Position numbers and translations under genes: made by a program. A stretch of DNA of 64,000 nt, from the NCBI RefSeq assembly GCF_018350175.1, contig NC_058368.1:48238001-48302000 (forward strand), given 5' to 3'. How positions within the stretch are numbered: position 1 is the stretch's first letter; the number at the start of each line of letters is the position of its first letter. This stretch comes from Felis catus. Taxonomy: Eukaryota. Below the pieces are notes generated by a model that did no database searches, was not told the origin of the DNA, and worked only from the letters and a program-made list of their open reading frames with translations. This document shows, one piece after another, positions 1 through 14,124 of this stretch.

Positions 1-1055
1 ACGTCCATTGCATGGCTCTTATGTAACCCCTCCAGTGTCCTATCCCACTCTCTGCCTTATTCTTTAGGCTTTCATGATGGAGAAGTGTGATTTTCCTTAA
101 GTATAACCCTTAGACTCAGGCACACAGGGTATCTGTTTTACGATCTCTGCTTTCCAGGGGCCTGGTTCTGATGCTCTCTGGTCTTCCTCACAGATGAGCT
201 GTCCAGGTGACTAAGGAAGAATTCACTCACAGTCTATCCTTCCTCCTTGTGAACCAGACTACTGATGTCTGCTCTCTTGAATTCCCTGGACAAATTACCC
301 AAGGTTTGTGCTCCAAACAATAGACTATGACCTTGGGTAGGTCTGAGGTAGGCGGGCCGGGGGCAAATCTTACCACTGTTTCTGAAGAAAGGGAGGTGGA
401 AGATGGAGCCAGGGGTGAGAAAAGAGAAAGGTAGGCTACAGGCTAAGGGCTGACTCTCTCTTCACAGTCACATTTCTAGCCTGGAATTCCAATAAGCTCC
501 AGTATTCCCACATATAGCTTGGCCTTCTAGGATGTTATGAAGGAACATTTGTCAAGGTAGGAGGATAAAACATATGTAGCAGGGTGTTACCATGTTTTAT
601 TACTTCTATATATTTAGACATAAGGTATGTAGCCTCCATTTTTACCCTTGCTTTGATCCCTGCAAATGTCCCCCCCACCCCCATACCATGTCTTCATGTT
701 GTTTCCTCCTGTGGAGGACCTACTCACCATTCTTCACCTGCCCAACTCTTACACATGGTTCAAGATTCAAGTCAGTGATTGCCACCTCCAGGAAGTCTCC
801 AGTGATTCTCAAGTGCCCCTTCCCTGTCAACGTGTGCAAATGTGAAGTTATTAATTAAGTCTCTCCTACGCTGTAAGATGAAGAACAGAGACTACATTTT
901 ATTCATTTTGTTGTCTCATTACCATAGTGTCTGGTACATGGTGTGGGTTTAATTAAGGTTTATTGAACTGAAAACTGAAAGCAAATGGTCCATTCATAAC
1001 ACATTCAACAAGTATTTATTAAGGAATAAAATAGCACAAAGTGGGGAAGAAAATA

Positions 1056-1061
1056 TGTGTG

Positions 1062-1114
<53 letters not shown>
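1056..1114. repeat. (TG)n microsatellite (others at ~10262, 50384, 51291, 52479 and 58918)
   Basis: Read directly from the sequence. Confidence 0.98.
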
Positions 1115-1116
<2 letters not shown>

Positions 1117-1159
1117 GTAGGGGAACAGATGTGGCAAACACATCTTCCTAGGTCACATA

Positions 1160-1385
1160 ATAGTAATAGTTGACATTTCTTGAACACTAACCATTTGCCA
1201 GAAATTGCACTAAGTATTTTACAGTTACAGTTAACTCTTGCAAGTCCATGAGGTAGGAACTATCATGATCTTCATTTTATAAATGAGGAAACAGAGGTAT
1301 AGAGAGGTTAAATGACTTGCCTGCAGACCCAAAGCCAGTCGGTGATAGAGCCTGGAGGGACTCCAAAGCCTGAGCTTAAACTATC
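1160..1385 (-). mobile_element. MIR (representative; similar copies at ~13.4, 14.4, 17.2, 33.1, 34.6, 34.9 and 54.1 kb)
   Basis: MIR core cattttataaatgaggaaacagagg..agagaggttaaatgacttgcc. Confidence 0.85.
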
Positions 1386-3682
1386 AGGACATGCTGCTTC
1401 CTGATGCCTCCTACACATATAGAGAGTAGATCCACAGTGCCTTTTTTAAAAAAAGAGGATACCAAAGGTAGCCTTCAAGGGCATGTGTCAATGTTAGCTG
1501 GAAATTAATTGCATGCACTTCAGGAATAAATATAGGAACATCTGAAATGTGTAAATAATAATAACACTGCAAAGTAAGAAGAAAAACTTGGATTAAAATA
1601 GGAAATGATAATGTACTCTGCTGCAAGTGAGCTGGGGGTGTGTCCCTAAGGAAGCTGGGAGGTCCTGTCTAGAGGCCCTCACTACAGTAGAATTTCTGGA
1701 AGCTTCATAACACAGGATGTAAGATGGGAATGTATGGGGGCTGAGTTGGTCTTCAAATCCAAAATGTAATACCAACACGAGTTTTACATTAAAATGTTTC
1801 AAGACATAAATTGTTCTTCACAACAGTGTTTCATTTAAAAGAGGAGTTGCCACGTTTCCTAAAATGATATTTAAGGCCATTTTACATGTCAACTTATTGG
1901 ATCAAATCATTATTTTTTAGTGGAATTCAGAAAACCAATTATTTTGCCATTTGGGAAAACTACATTTTATGCCAAATAAGCAGTAATATTTAGAGTGGGC
2001 AAAAAGTCACCCAGAGTCTCTTTTGTACAAGAAATTTCTCTGTAAGTGAACTTAATGTTTATTTCTATTTGTTACAATTGAACTTGTGCATTGTTGTTCC
2101 ACAGGACAATGGAGAACTTGGTGAGGTTGTTTGGAGCCTGTCTGCCCAACACTGCTTCTGTATCCAGTCATGAAAGCTAGAGATGCTGGAAACTTTCTCC
2201 CTTTCCAATGGCAGAGGACTCAGATCCACTTTGCTCTTGGACGTTCCAACTACATCCCTGGTTTCTATGGCATTTGCTAGACGCTTGACTAAGGAAAAGC
2301 AGATCACTGGCCCCCTTCTCAGAAACCAACAATATGTAAGTTCTCTGCATCTACTTTCTGAATTTCTCCTTCCTCATCCCAGATAATCTTTATCTAGCTT
2401 AGGGCAAGAAGTCTTGCTCTTACATCATTATGCGTTGTTCCAAATCTTTTGTCTCATTCTAGGATCTAGGTTTATAAGATACCAAAGCCAAGAATAGACT
2501 TTCTCAACTTGGTAATTTCTTGTCTCTTTTGGCACTGTGTACAAGAAGTTTCCAATCTGCCTGGGCTAAAGGAACAGCCATAGGAGTGAAGAAGAGGTAG
2601 GGATGCCTTAAAATTTACAAAACATTACATCACTGCCATAGTTTGGAGACAAACATCAGACAGGGAGTCAGGAGATTGGGAGTTTGCTCATGTGATCATT
2701 TCTTCTCTGGGACTTGGTTTCTTCATTGATGTAATGAGAAGTAAGAGGAGATGATTTTCCATGTTTTCTTTGGACTCTACAAATGCTACTTTGAGTTTTT
2801 AATCTGGTTCTGTGCCTTTAAAACTCTGTGATCATATATTCATGGTAATGAAGGGCACCATGATTTGCACCTTACTCCCACCCATCTAGAAGTAGGATTC
2901 CTGGCACCCAGGTTCAAAATTATTTAATTGAGGCTAGTATCTAATTTCCAGAGCTAAAATATTCATATAATGGATATGTCTCATATAACTTAAAATTTTA
3001 ATTCCCTAAAATTTGACTTTAAATATAGCTTTCTCATCATGCTCTTTTAATGTGTATTATTAGCAATATTCCTTATTTACTTCTATGAACTTTTTAGTTT
3101 CCTTGTTTTTAGAACTGAGAAAAAAAATTGGCAAGGTCAGTGAGTACCTGACTGAGAGGTGTTTTGCAGAAGAATTACAATTATATTACGAACATTTTGA
3201 AAAGTGACTTGCTTTCAGAAATTGTGAACTATTTTAAACAAAGTCTCCGATTTTAAAAATAAATGACTTGCACTAATCCATCAGACACGGTCAAGTGTAC
3301 TTCTGACAATACATTCTAAAATCCAGCAAGAAAAACAGCGACCAAGTAATATAATAAAAGAATAATGACTGGCTTCTAGGCCACCAAGAGAAGGAGAAAT
3401 GAAGTTATATTATAAATACCACACAATGCTCTACATCAGTGTGGCAGAAAGTCTATTTATGTTGCCTGCTAGCTCCCTTGTTATTATTTTGTTCCTACTA
3501 ACATAGCTGGGATGTTATATATAGTATATGTGCTATAAAACACCAAGGCCATGCTTTTAGTTTTCAGACAGTGTGAAAAGAAAATCCAAATAAAAGTCTA
3601 ATTTCAGCCTTGATACCAATTACTCCTGTGACCTTAAGAAAGTCTTTTAACTCTATTTGCATTGAGAATTTAAATGAATTCA

Positions 3683-3909
3683 GGGGCTCGTGGGTGGCTC
3701 AGTTGGTTGAGCTACCTACTTCGGCTTCCACTCAGGTCATGATCTCACAGTTCATGGGTGTGAGCCATGCGTCGGGCTCTGTGCTGACAGCTCAACTCAG
3801 AGCCTGGAGCCTGCTTGGGATTCTGTGTCTCCCTCCCTCTCTGCCCTTTCCCCACTCATGCTCTGTCTCTCTCTCAAAAATAAATAAACATTAAAAAATT
3901 TTTTTAAAT
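3683..3909 (+). mobile_element. CanSINE (SINEC_Fc)
   Basis: tRNA-derived head (GGTGGCTCAGTTGG), CT tract, AATAAA tail; 16-bp TSD aatttaaatgaattca. Confidence 0.95.
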
Positions 3910-4404
3910 AATTTAAATGAATTCAAATGCTAGCCTTAAATGAAAATTGTTTGATTCTGTACTTTTTCCTTAGCCATAAATAGGAACCATAATATCTGTA
4001 CTATCTATTTCAGAGTTGACATGGGAATTAAAGTTTTGTTTTGTTTGTTTGTTTTTTACTCAAAAGCAAATGTAATTTTGCATTCATGTAATTATTTGCT
4101 TAACGCTTATCACCTCAGGAGGCCATTAGGTCCATGAGGGCAGGGAGGGTGTCTGTCTTACCCACTGATGTTTTCCAGGACCTAGTGCAGTGTCTGGAAC
4201 ATTACAGACTCTCAATTCATAAATCTATTAAGTGAGAAGCCTCAACCTAACATGGGTAATTTACACATGGGCAACACCTCAACCCTGCTTTCTCAGAAGA
4301 AAAATATAGAAATATGTGGCCATGTTTTGAATGAACCGTTGGCAAAAAAAAAAAAAATCAAACTTTTCTAAAAGAGAAATACTCTAAATTTGTGCTGCCC
4401 GAAG

Positions 4405-4576
4405 CATTGTGCGCACAGACCAGTCACAACAGCATCAACTGAGAACAAGTTTGCAATGCAAATTCTCTTTCCTCACCCCAGACTTACTGACAGAAACTCC
4501 GGAGTGGAGGCCAGCAATCTGTATCTTAACAGGCCTTCTGGTAATTCTAATATACACTGAAGTTTGAGAACCACTG
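4405..4576. mobile_element. MER5A (hAT-Charlie)
   Basis: cagcatca...ccccagacttactga..cagaaactc...agtttgagaaccactg. Confidence 0.82.
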
Positions 4577-7010
4577 TCTCAAACAATTGTCTTCACATTT
4601 CTTCTTTATGTATCATGTCTTCTATGTCTCTCAGCTTAGCTTGATATAGTCAGCCCAAGGTTCTCCAGTTTCATCTTAGAAAATAATAATCAAATCAACA
4701 ACAACAACAATAAGAGTAAATGCTCTTGAGTACTTATTATGTCCTAGGCCTTGATTGTAGCCCAGAAGCCTCTTACAAACTTATTAGCAAAAAATATTAT
4801 CTTATCTATTTCATATGTCAGAAAACCAGGATTTTATTATATTTTCCTACAGTCAATAAGCCAGTGTTTGAAATCTCAGTAGCCCGATGCCAGAGCTGGG
4901 CTTTTAACTGCTATGTGAGACAGATTCAATGGCAAGCCCCTGCCTGAAGGTAAACCCCTTATGTTTTGAATCCCAGCCATACAATGAGGGGCACGTGTGA
5001 GCAAGTCTGTGCAGCTGACCCAACTCCACGTTCACATAGAAAGTGAAGCACCTTCCCAGGAGAAGGGTCATGGGATGCCTGATGTTGAGGTCAGATTTTT
5101 CCTTAAGAATTATCTTTGGATCTTTTCTCATGCAAGGGTGAAATTGTTTAGTGTTGTCCACATAAACTTTGGCGAGTGCCAAAAACTATGATCATTTTCG
5201 GTTTGGCAGAGTTGCTACTAATCAGTCATTTCTGGAAATACTTAGACAATGGTATCCGTTGTTTCTTGAGATTTATTTTCTCCCTCATCAATCTCAAAAG
5301 AGAGCTTAGAAAATGGAAGAGAGGAATATGTTAAGGCAGGATCTGGGAAGGGAGGTGGAGGAAAGGTGTCAGATGTTGGTGCTTGGTCCTCAGATGTTGG
5401 TGCTTGGTCCTCAGTCTTCTCCCTGCAGGTGTAGGAGTGGGAAGGCACACTGAGATCCACCTGGTCAGAGTCTCAGCAGAGAGCATGCAGTCGAGGTGCC
5501 AGTGGTGGCTCTGGAACTGGATGTGTGCCCCTGGGGAAGCTTATCTACTCCACTAGGTGGAAGAAGTCTGAGGCTAAATGGCACCTGTGGCAGCATGATT
5601 GCTACTGAAAAAAAAGGCAAGACAAGCAGATGGCTCATGCTCAGGAGGCAACAGCTGATGGAGCTCCCAAGGAGAATTTGTCCTAACAGAGGTGGCTTCC
5701 TCTGAAAGCTCTCCTGGGGACTTGCCTATTCCACACCATCCCAGGGGGTCTCTTCCAGGGACCTAGCCCCCATGGCAGTTGGAAAGACCAAAGAGCTACG
5801 TTGACTGAGTGTTTACAGTGCAAGGCATTTTGCTACTCACTTTACAGATCTAATCCGGTAGAACTTCCCCAAATATCTATTTTACCCTGAGATTTAGAGA
5901 TGTTAATTAACTTGTTTAGGATCATCAGCTGGTAGGAAGTACAGCCACTCAGATGTCTCTGATTCTGTTTTGTTTTGTTTTGTTTTTTTTGTTTTTAATA
6001 TGAGATGCCATCTCTTAAAATGATGGGAGGGAGAGAGGAGAATAGGGAGTTTTAGGGAATAGGGCTATTTCCACAGACTAAATAGGAAACTTTTGAGTGA
6101 GATTAGACCTCTTCAGTTGCTTGAATTATTGCTTTTTTAAGTGATCTTTTTGGAGTCTGATTACATCTCTGGTTGGAAATAATAATAAAAGTAGCCTATG
6201 GATTTAGATAATCACTATATTAATAAAATATAGAGTATATTATTATATAGTATTCATAATATACATATGAATCCTTCTGTGTTTCCGAAAAGTATCTGTC
6301 TGGAGGTAAAAATGAGATCATAATGACAATTTCTTCTTTGGCTTTTGGCTTTCATACTCATGTACTATTATAGGCCCCCTCACGACCTCCTTCAGTTCTT
6401 ATGGAGTCTCCAAGGGTATCTCATGTGGGCTCACTAGGAAGTAATTCTTCTCATCTACTGTGTAATATCCGCTATTTTCTTCTTTCCTGCTCTGGTGATG
6501 TTAGCGGTTGGGTCCTCTATGCTACATGCAGAGTTGCTTGAATTGGGTTCATTCTCTCACAGGCACCCAGGCCTACCTGGAGGGCACAGATGGCTCTCCG
6601 GTGCCCTCAGAGCTGCCAGTGCTTCTGGCACGACTCCCATGTCATGGACCAGATTGACCGCTACCAGGAAGCAGGAACATGCCGGCTTTTGTCCACCAGA
6701 GGCATTCTTCGTAGACCAAATCCATGGCTAACATCAGTCTCATGATGTACCTCATGCTTCCATGTAAGGAGACATTTCTGTGGCGTGGATTTTCCCACCA
6801 GTGTGTCACATGTGACCAGACGTGTCTGAAATCAATAATGTATACTGCGTAGATTCAAACGAGGACACACCTGCACACATATACACCAGGAACACTACAT
6901 ACATAAGTGATCCAGCATTGTTGAAGAGCTGCAAGGAAAAATCAAGGTTGTATAAAATGTAAGGTAGTAAAGACTGCACTTTCCAAATATGTAATTATGC
7001 TAACTTATTT

Positions 7011-7224
7011 TATTTTTTTTTCAACGTTTATTTATTTTTGGGACAGAGAGAGACAGAGCATGAACGGGGGAGGGGCAGAGAGAGAGGGAGACGCAGAATC
7101 AGAAACAGGCCCCAGGCTCTGAGCCATCAGCCCAGAGCCTGACGCGGGGCTCGAACTCACGGACCGCGAGATCGTGACCTGGCTGAAGTCGGACGCTTAA
7201 CCGACTGCGCCACCCAGGCGCCCC
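7011..7224 (-). mobile_element. Young CanSINE (SINEC_Fc), CpGs intact
   Basis: Minus strand GGGGCGCCTGGGTGGCGCAGTCGGTTAAGCGTCCGACTTCAGCCAGGTCACGATCTCGCGG; TSD tatgctaa(c/t)ttattt. Confidence 0.97.
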
Positions 7225-7634
7225 TATGCTAATTTATTTTTAACTCTGAGTACCTTGGCCAAGATTTAGGAAGATGAGAAAATCCTATTAGAATAGGACA
7301 CATAAAATACATAACAAGAAAATGTTCAAAAGATATGTACTTATGCTCGTCTCATAAGTGATTTCCACAGGAGGCATGAAGCATTTCATTTCTGTCAGGA
7401 TGGGGTATCTCTTGTTATGACCAAGATGCCCTTAAATACCCAAATACCCAAAGGCCCAGTCAGCCTTCACTGCAGGTTCCCTGATATTGATAGAGTAAAG
7501 GCAAAAACCCCACAGAAGCTAGAGTACTGCACCCTGACACGCTGAGTCTTGGGTTCTGAAGTCCAACACCAACCTCCAATGAGCTGGACGGGGTGAAGCA
7601 GAGAGGACTCCTTTGCCCTAAACTAATAAGACAT

Positions 7635-7945
7635 AAACATGATGCTAACTAAAAGAAGCCAGACACAAATAGCCACATATGTATACTTCTGTGCATATGA
7701 AATGTCCAGAACAGACAAACCCACAGAGATATAAGGTAGATTAGGGTTTTCCAAGGGTGGAGGGATGGGAAATTGTGAAGCAACTTTCAGTGGATAAGAG
7801 GTTTCTTCTTGGGGTGATGGGAATGTTCTGGACTTAGTGACAATGGTAGCACAACATAGTAAATATAGGCAAAACCACTGAACTGCACACTTTAAAACGG
7901 TGAGCTTTCTTATGTGAATTGTATCTCAATAAAATTTTTTAAAAA
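7635..7945 (+). mobile_element. L1MB-like 3' end fragment
   Basis: aaagaagccagacacaaa...tatgaaatgtccagaa...ggggtgatgggaatgttctgga...tgtgaattgtatctcaataaa. Confidence 0.85.
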
Positions 7946-8554
7946 GTAAAAGATTTGGTTTACAGCAGATCTCAGAAGCTATTTCATTTTCTTCTCTGTC
8001 CCCATTCCAAAGCCAAAACTCAGCTCAGCTCTACTGCTATAATGGAAGGAGACACCAGAGTCATATCTTTCAGCTAGCAACAGGGAAAAATGAAATCAGA
8101 AAACAAAGAAACAAACAAAAAACAGTATGACAAAAAGAAAGCTGAATATACAAGCAGTATGTTTACCTAGTGTCCAGGACCAAGTTGGCTTAAGCTAGGA
8201 ATGAGAAGAAGTCTTAGATTGGCTACCAAACTGGAGGAAGAGAAGACATCAAAGGAGAGAGCCCCAGAACCAGAGCGAGATCAGAAGATCCTGTATCTTC
8301 CTGTAAGTGAGCAGCCCTGGCCCTTGGCTGGAAGGAACTGAGAGAGAAGGTGGCTGTATGGATGTGGGCCGCGATACTTATCCCTTAAAAAACATGTTTC
8401 ACTTAATGTCTTGGGATCAGACAGACCCACATCAGAATTTCTTCTCTAGGGATAGAATTGACAACCTATGTGGGACCATAGCCCCCACCTGGGATTTCCT
8501 GGACCCATATACCCTGAGCTATTTTCTTCCTTGCATTTATCACCATCTAACAGT

Positions 8555-8619
8555 ATCTATCTCTCTATCTCTATCTCTCTATCTATCTATATCTATTTCT
8601 ATATCTATACACACATATC

Positions 8620-8656
<37 letters not shown>
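8555..8656. repeat. Compound (TCTA/TC)n then (GATA)n microsatellite
   Basis: Read directly from the sequence. Confidence 0.95.
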
Positions 8657-8657
<1 letters not shown>

Positions 8658-8678
8658 CACACATATATATACACACAT

Positions 8679-9059
8679 TGTTTAAAAACAGAACAACAAG
8701 CCCCAAATGGAGTTCCTTGCCCCTATGAAAGCCCGTAAAGCAAGACTAAACTGCACTTTCAGCCACTCCTAGGAATGTAACCTTTAAGCTGTCAACTTGG
8801 AATGACTTGATCAGCACTAGTGAAGGAATGTGTGTGATAGACCCCCATCGGTCTCCCAAAGGAAGGTACTTTGCCTGAAATAATCCTTTTATTTATGACT
8901 TCCTTGACCTACCCTCTTTCTGCCTTTCAAAACCTTCTATTTTTTACAACCCTCTGAGCTCTCTTCTCTTTGCTGGATGAGTTGCTGCCCGATCCATGAA
9001 TCACTGAACAAAGCCAATTAAATCTTTAGGTTTCCTCAGTTGAATTTTGTTTTTTAACA
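8679..9059 (+). mobile_element. ERV1-type solo LTR (MER34/CarLTR-like), inserted into an L2 remnant
   Basis: TG...CA ends, near 4-bp TSD (acat/atat); homologous to the LTR at 30645-31089. Confidence 0.8.
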
Positions 9060-9846
9060 ATATTAACTTATGTATGTATGCATGTGCAAGTATTTTTTTC
9101 TATGAACACAGAAACTGTTGTGTTCATTGCTATATCCCAGAGCCCGAGACACTGCCTGCCACACAGTAAGTGCTGAATAAATATTTCTTGAATGAATAAA
9201 TGTAGGGATAATGTCAGAGGACCCAGAGTCCTTCTACTTCAAATTCTGGAAAAAAGAGGATGAGAGAGATTACAGTTGATTTCCCACCATCCCTGGTGAG
9301 AAGTATTAGATTAAACAAAGAAAGTTTTCCCTCTTTGCACATTGAACTTGTGATTTGAGTTTCATAATCACTCACAAAATAAAAGTCCAGTTTGGAGACA
9401 TTTATACATTCCTGAGTAGCTGTCAACTTTTTTATTTTTCTAGTACCAGCACACTTCATAGATATAACAAAATTCGATCTGAAATTGGTGACTGGCTCTA
9501 ACATATGACTCGGGTGGAGTGAATGGTGGGAGAGTCCTGGAGACTTTCAGGTTTCTTGAGGAGGATATGCGGTTTGAAAAAAGCATAATGATTTTGAGAC
9601 AACTTGCTACACTGCTTGAGGACACTGGTTTCCTCGTGGCAAGAGGATGAAGGCACACCTCACAACACTTCAAAGTATGCAAGAACAAAAGAGAAAAAAG
9701 TGATGCTCATGTTGACATGTAAAGATAGACAAATTATGGTGTCATTGAGAGGGAAATTTCATATAATAGAAAATTCCTGTAAGAAATGATTTTGGGGAAG
9801 GAGAATGACATTCAGAAGGTAAAGGTAAGAATAAAGAAAATTCTCA

Positions 9847-10056
9847 GGGCATCTGGTTGGCTCAGTCTGTTAAGTATCTGACTCTTGATTTCAGCTCAGT
9901 TCACGATCTCCAGATTGGAAGATCAAGAGCCCTGCGTTGGGCTCCACTCTGGGCATGAAGCCTGCTTAAGATAATCTCTTCTTCTCCCTCTGTCCCTCCT
10001 CTGCTCATGCATGCTCGAGTGTGTGCCCTCTCTCTCTCTCAAAAAAAAAAAAAAAA
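9847..10056 (+). mobile_element. CanSINE (older subfamily)
   Basis: tggctcagtctgttaag...gactcttgatttcagctcag head, CT tract, poly(A). Confidence 0.9.
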
Positions 10057-10259
10057 GTCTTGTGTGCGTGGAATATTTAACATACAACATTTTATTTAAT
10101 ATTAGGATGAAAGGATCAAGAAATGTACATATTCATTCCATAAGTGCTTATTCAGCATCCACTCAGGTTCAACAGTGGGTCAGTGCTGAGGAGCCTGGAA
10201 ATCAGACAAGCCCAAGGACAATGACAATATAATATTGGGCAACTGGGGAGGATATGTGT

Positions 10260-10300
<41 letters not shown>

Positions 10301-11804
10301 GTTCTTCACACATGGGCAGAAGCACCTATCCCAGCCTTGGGAGGAAGTGGATGTTGAACTTACAGGCAAAAGCTTCCTTTGAGGTTACAAAACCTGAGAG
10401 CAAGGAAGAGATAGCCCAACAAAGAAAAGAGTGATTGAGGCAGGTTGGGGGAGGAAAGTGTTTCAGTATTCAATCTTGTAACAAAGGCACATAGACAAGA
10501 GAAAGCAAATGATTCAGGAGCAGAAATCCCAGCAAAGGAGTAGACTCCTGGATTGGCTGACACCAGTGTTCAATTCCCCTGGAAGCATTGCCTACCTGTC
10601 CACAGCTTCATCCACCTTTTTAAAGGCAAAGGGAGAAAAATGAAAATGACCAGCCTCCTGGTATAAGGAGTAGAGTTCTGGCTGGGGGTGAGGGTTAGAC
10701 AAGGACAGAAGGCAGGTAAGAGAAACAGATAGACTTTGGTTAGAAAATCATGACATGACATGTCACTTCAAGAGATGGAGGTTTAGGGAAAATCATGTGG
10801 TCTACTTAAATAAGAAAGGTGGGATGGATATTTATTATGGCTCAATCAAAAAAATGCCTGTTGGGCAAACTAAGTCTTTCCAGGTAGAGGACTTAAACTG
10901 CAGGAGTACAGGGGATGTTGATCACACAGTGGGTGTACATCTGCTCTTGGAGGAGGGAGTGCAGGACTCAGCCCTCCCAGCTCCCAACTCTGTGCTCTGT
11001 GGATCCTCCCCAAGAGCCCTTCTAAGGGCGCTGCCTGAGAAAGATAAAGTAAGGGACTCTCTCCCGGACACCACTCCCTTGTCTCTTTGGCCGTGTTGTC
11101 CTGCCGCAATGTTTAAATACATCTGGATGTGTATTTGAATGACAGTGACTTGTGAGACCAGGAATCAATTAAACATAAGGCAAGTCCATCAAAATGAGGG
11201 ACAGTAGTGTCACAAGTGGAAGAATGGAGAAAGTATATATAGTTCCTTACCATACACTTGAAAGGGGAGGAAGATGCAGAGAACTGGGAAACTAGAAACA
11301 AACTAGAAAAGAACCTCATGGTGGGGGGACTTGGAAGTTGCTATAGAAAAGAGGGCAAAGTCCATCAAGCCTTGTCTGCTACCAGGTCGCCACGGGGACA
11401 TCTGTTTTATGGCCTCTGAGCATAAGGCAAACAGTTAGAAAGAGGTTATGTAAAAAATGTACTATTTCTCTACCTTTGTTTTCTGAAATCCACAGCGCTA
11501 GGCAATACCTCTTTCCGGAATCCGCACCCACAGAACCAGTCACAACCAGGACAACCAGCTGGATGTCACACAGCACCTTGGCATACAAAACGGTCTCATT
11601 ATTTCCTTCTCCTGTTCACTGAGCTAGCTCCTTCCTGTCTCCTCCCGGAAACTATCACCATAATCTAGTTGTGTCCGCCAGAAATGGAGAAACTGTCACT
11701 CTCCCACCCGTTCAAGCCACACATCCAGGCAACACTCAGGTGCCTTTCAACAGTCACTTAATGCTCACAGAAACCATATGAGGTTTATAGTTTTATACCC
11801 ATGT

Positions 11805-11857
11805 TTTTGGTTTTTTTTTTTTTTTAGAAATAGACTCTTTAATGTTTATTTATTTTT

Positions 11858-11895
<38 letters not shown>

Positions 11896-12044
11896 GCAGC
11901 AGAGGAGGAGAGAGAGGGGAAGACACAGAATCTGAAGCAGGCTCCAGGCTCTGAGCAATCAGCACAGAGCCTGATGCGGGGCTCGAAACTCACATACCTG
12001 AACTGAAGTGGGATGCTTAACCGACTGAACCACCCAGGCGCCCC
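11805..12044 (-). mobile_element. CanSINE inserted into a MIR
   Basis: Head, CT tract and tail present; 15-bp TSD tagttttatacccat. Confidence 0.95.
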
Positions 12045-13664
12045 TAGTTTTATACCCATTTTAATGATGAGAAAATTAAGGTTCAGAAAGGCTCAAGCTA
12101 CATACCTAAGTATGGCTAAACTAATTATCATAATAAATGAAATTATAAGACATACAAAACGACTTCCATCACACCAAGAGTAAAAACCAAAACAGCCTTT
12201 AACTGACCTCCAAGAACTAGCCTCTGGACATCACTCCTTACTTATGTCCTAGTGCTCTCACCATCCTGTTTTCTGTCCCAGAGTCTGACCATTTTGCTGA
12301 TCCAAGAGTTGCTGATCCAAGTTCCTGGCTTGGCACCTGCCGGCTGCTCTTCTGGAAGCACCTCCCTGCTGGGAGTCTATAAGCCTGCTCCTTTATGGAC
12401 TCTTTGTGTCACTGTGTTAGAGATCCCCACTCTGGGTGCCCACGCACAGTGCACAGTCCCCCTTCCCAGCTATCTTACCCTTCATCACTGTTCATTACCA
12501 TGCCCCCAAGGGGCAGGACCTTTGGCAACTGTGTTCAGTTTGGTACCTAGAACATTTACTGCAATGGAGTGGATACTTGTAAGTATTTGACGAATGTGAA
12601 TTCAATCTGGCAAGTGCCCCTTGGATCCAAGGTGCCTTCTCCATTCCCACTGTTTCCGCCTTGCCTGGGGTCATCTTCGTAGCTTGTCAGGACCATTGCC
12701 ACAACCCCAAATGATCTTATATGATCTCCCCACTTCCAGCCTCTCTTCACTAGAATCCATTATTCACTTTTATCTAACTTTTACACGGGTGCCAAAGTTA
12801 CCTTCCTAATATGCACATCTGTCATGTCATCTGCCTCTTCAGAGACCTTCAAAAGCCTTCACTGACTACATTAAATCTGCATTTCTTACTTTGGGATTCA
12901 TAGTCCTTTATCACTTTCCCTCTAATTACCTTTACAAAAAATTTCTCCAGTAATATCCTGTGTTCCAGACACACGAAACTGATCACTAGTCTCTGCAAAT
13001 ATCATAGATGATCAGATTTGTTGTGCTCTCTACCCACTGAAATTCTTCAAGAACCAGTGTAAATGTCACCATCAAGAGAAGGACTTTATGGGATAGTACT
13101 CAGAAAAGAAGGGGAGAAAAGAAGGGGAGAAAAAGAGAGAAAAAAGAAAAAGAAAAGGGAAAGTAAAAGAATAATTCTACTGATCTTCGGGTAAATAAGA
13201 ACTAACCCATGGATGAATGGAGCAAAGACAGAAAAAAAATATGGAAAAGAAATTGGAAACAGGCTAAGAACACATTGATTATATGAGCACTAAAGCAGAA
13301 AGAAAGCTGTGTTTGTTGGCTGGAAACTCTTTAGTTTTATTTGGTATTATAATAATTACTTATTTTCTTCCACCTTGTTTCAAAAAGTTTAAGTATTATA
13401 ATAGTTGTGGGTTTTGAGTAGAACATATCCTGGACCAGATACTGGGCTAAAATGTTTTCTATACTTTAACTTACTTAATATTCACAACCCTATACAGAAG
13501 GCGATGTAACCCCATTTTTCAGTTAAAAAAAAACGAGGTTTAAGTGCTTTGCTTAACATCACAGCTAGTAATGAGCAAATCTGGTTTTGGACCCATGAGA
13601 ATCTGAATCCATGTCCCATGCTCTTTTAATCACACTACATAAGGACTTTAAAATTTGGAGGCAT

Positions 13665-13850
13665 GGGGACACCTGGGTGGCTCAGTCATTTGAGCGTCCA
13701 ACTGTGGCTCAGGTCATGTTCATGAGTTCAAGCCCTGCACCAGGCTTGCTGCTGTCAGCCTGTCAGCACAGAGCCCACTTTGGATCTTCTGTCCCCCCGC
13801 CGCCCCTTCCCTGCTTTTGCTCTCTCAAAAATAAATAGATATTTTTTAAA
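13665..13850 (+). mobile_element. CanSINE
   Basis: GGGGACACCTGGGTGGCTCAG head; TSD aaaatt(t)ggaggcatg. Confidence 0.93.
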
Positions 13851-14124
13851 AATTGGAGGCATGTCCTGAGTAGTTCCTTTTCTTCCTTCTCTTTTCTGGC
13901 AAGGCTGTCTCATCCATGGCTAGGCAGAGCAGCATATTCAAAATTGCTATACTCTACTATATTACAAAGTACAGAGACAAAGCCAGACAGGTACTATTTT
14001 GTTACAATAGCTATATTTGAATTTCTCCTTTTAAACTTTCCTGTGTCTACTCAGGTGGGTTTCAGTTGTATCATCTTTTAGCAGAAAGAAATAATAGCTT
14101 GTCTGCATTATATTCAGACATAAA

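Noticed and set aside
10746..10766. CATG-a-CATG-a-CATG as a p53/p63 response element
   Set aside because: The 10-bp CATG spacing fits, but the flanks deviate from RRRCWWGYYY; a 5-bp microduplication explains it.
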